The notes below the pieces were generated by a model. It did not search any database. It was not told the origin of the DNA and saw only the letters and a program-made list of their open reading frames with translations. Positions 63,709 to 64,000 of a stretch of 64,000 nt of DNA are shown piece after piece. The stretch lies in assembly GCA_965227455.1 (NCBI GenBank), contig OZ245752.1, forward strand, positions 5,172,822-5,236,821. The letters are read 5' to 3'. Every line of letters starts with the position of its first letter. The stretch's first letter is position 1. This stretch comes from Alphaproteobacteria bacterium (lineage in GTDB: Bacteria > Pseudomonadota > Alphaproteobacteria > DSM-16000 > Inquilinaceae). Made by a program: the position numbers and the translations under genes.

Positions 63709-64000
63709 ATGATCAACCGGCCGATTGCACCCTGGTGGCGCCCAGACCGACTGGCGGCCCGCAGGCCCTATCTGGAAGCCCGTACGGCCATCGCCGCGGC
63801 CCTGCGCCGGGTATTCACGGAGAGGGGTTTCCTGGAGGTCGATACCCCGGCCCTGCAGGTCTCGCCGGGCATGGAGCCGCATCTGCGGGCCTTCGCCACG
63901 GAGCTGGAGGAGCTCGACCCGGAGGAGCGGCGCCGGCTCTACCTCCACACCTCGCCGGAATTTGCCATGAAGAAGCTGCTGGCCGGCGGCATGGAGCGGA
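63709..64000 (+). CDS. epmA: EF-P lysyl ligase (EpmA/GenX/PoxA, class II aaRS-like), 5-prime part; continues beyond the window
   Basis: WWRPDRLAARRPYLEARTAIAAALRRVFTERGFLEVDTPALQVSPGMEPHL (class II synthetase motif 1 context). Divergent from efp. Confidence 0.7.
   Translation, partial: MINRPIAPWWRPDRLAARRPYLEARTAIAAALRRVFTERGFLEVDTPALQVSPGMEPHLRAFATELEELDPEERRRLYLHTSPEFAMKKLLAGGMER

Overview
This is a 64-kb, high-GC (~67%) segment that looks like an alphaproteobacterial (Rhodospirillales-type) chromosome. It carries mostly metabolic and housekeeping genes on both strands, with a few accessory patches.

Annotated genes, in order:
- Sugar/polyol locus: a GH1 beta-glucosidase 3-prime end and a LacI regulator, then a 7-gene minus-strand catabolic operon (Zn-ADH, SDR, a HisD paralogue, TRAP DctMQP, a small membrane protein) with a divergent second LacI.
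- A MarR regulator divergent from an orphan TRAP binding protein and an FAD monooxygenase.
- fumC, purK-purE, a GGDEF protein and pfk.
- A conserved alphaproteobacterial block (DUF465 x2, DUF1013, quinone oxidoreductase, DUF1192, DUF1465), then hsp20.
- prpE, a DsbA-like protein, and TetR divergent from a two-subunit molybdo-hydroxylase (IorAB-like).
- An isoaspartyl-methyltransferase-like gene, an SPFH protein, an acyl-CoA ligase and an alpha/beta hydrolase.
- cytochrome bd (cydAB with a DUF2474 mini-ORF), rpmE, an MsbA-like ABC exporter and a flavodoxin-like protein.
- suhB and efp-epmA at the right end.

Non-core features:
- Three families of small palindromic repeat elements: a double-hairpin 'IPAKAGIQ' type (2 copies), a ~140-bp 'ccctcaccctccc...gggagggtgaggg' type (5 copies, several sitting between co-oriented genes) and a 'cacccttcgacaggctcaggatgagggtg' type (1.5 copies).
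- Two abutting, apparently defective tRNA-like genes on the minus strand.
- Immediately beside these tRNA-like genes, a 4-gene minus-strand cluster of unknown function (coiled-coil protein, 373-aa protein, CbbX/SpoVK-type AAA+ ATPase, 439-aa protein) interrupted by a repeat element. This is my best candidate for an undescribed system.
- A 3-gene minus-strand MotA-like / long-coiled-coil MotB-OmpA / OmpA-domain module that resembles, but does not match, Zorya-type stator defence systems.
- Two low-GC islets: a 236-aa orphan protein, and a glycine-rich collagen-like protein divergent from a 300-aa unknown.
- A frameshifted PhoX/DUF839 pseudogene remnant.
- A lipoprotein plus a papain-like (C39-like) peptidase pair.

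No CRISPR array, integrase, transposase or rRNA was seen. Many of the long ORFs in the six-frame track are antisense or alternate-frame artefacts of the high GC content and were rejected.
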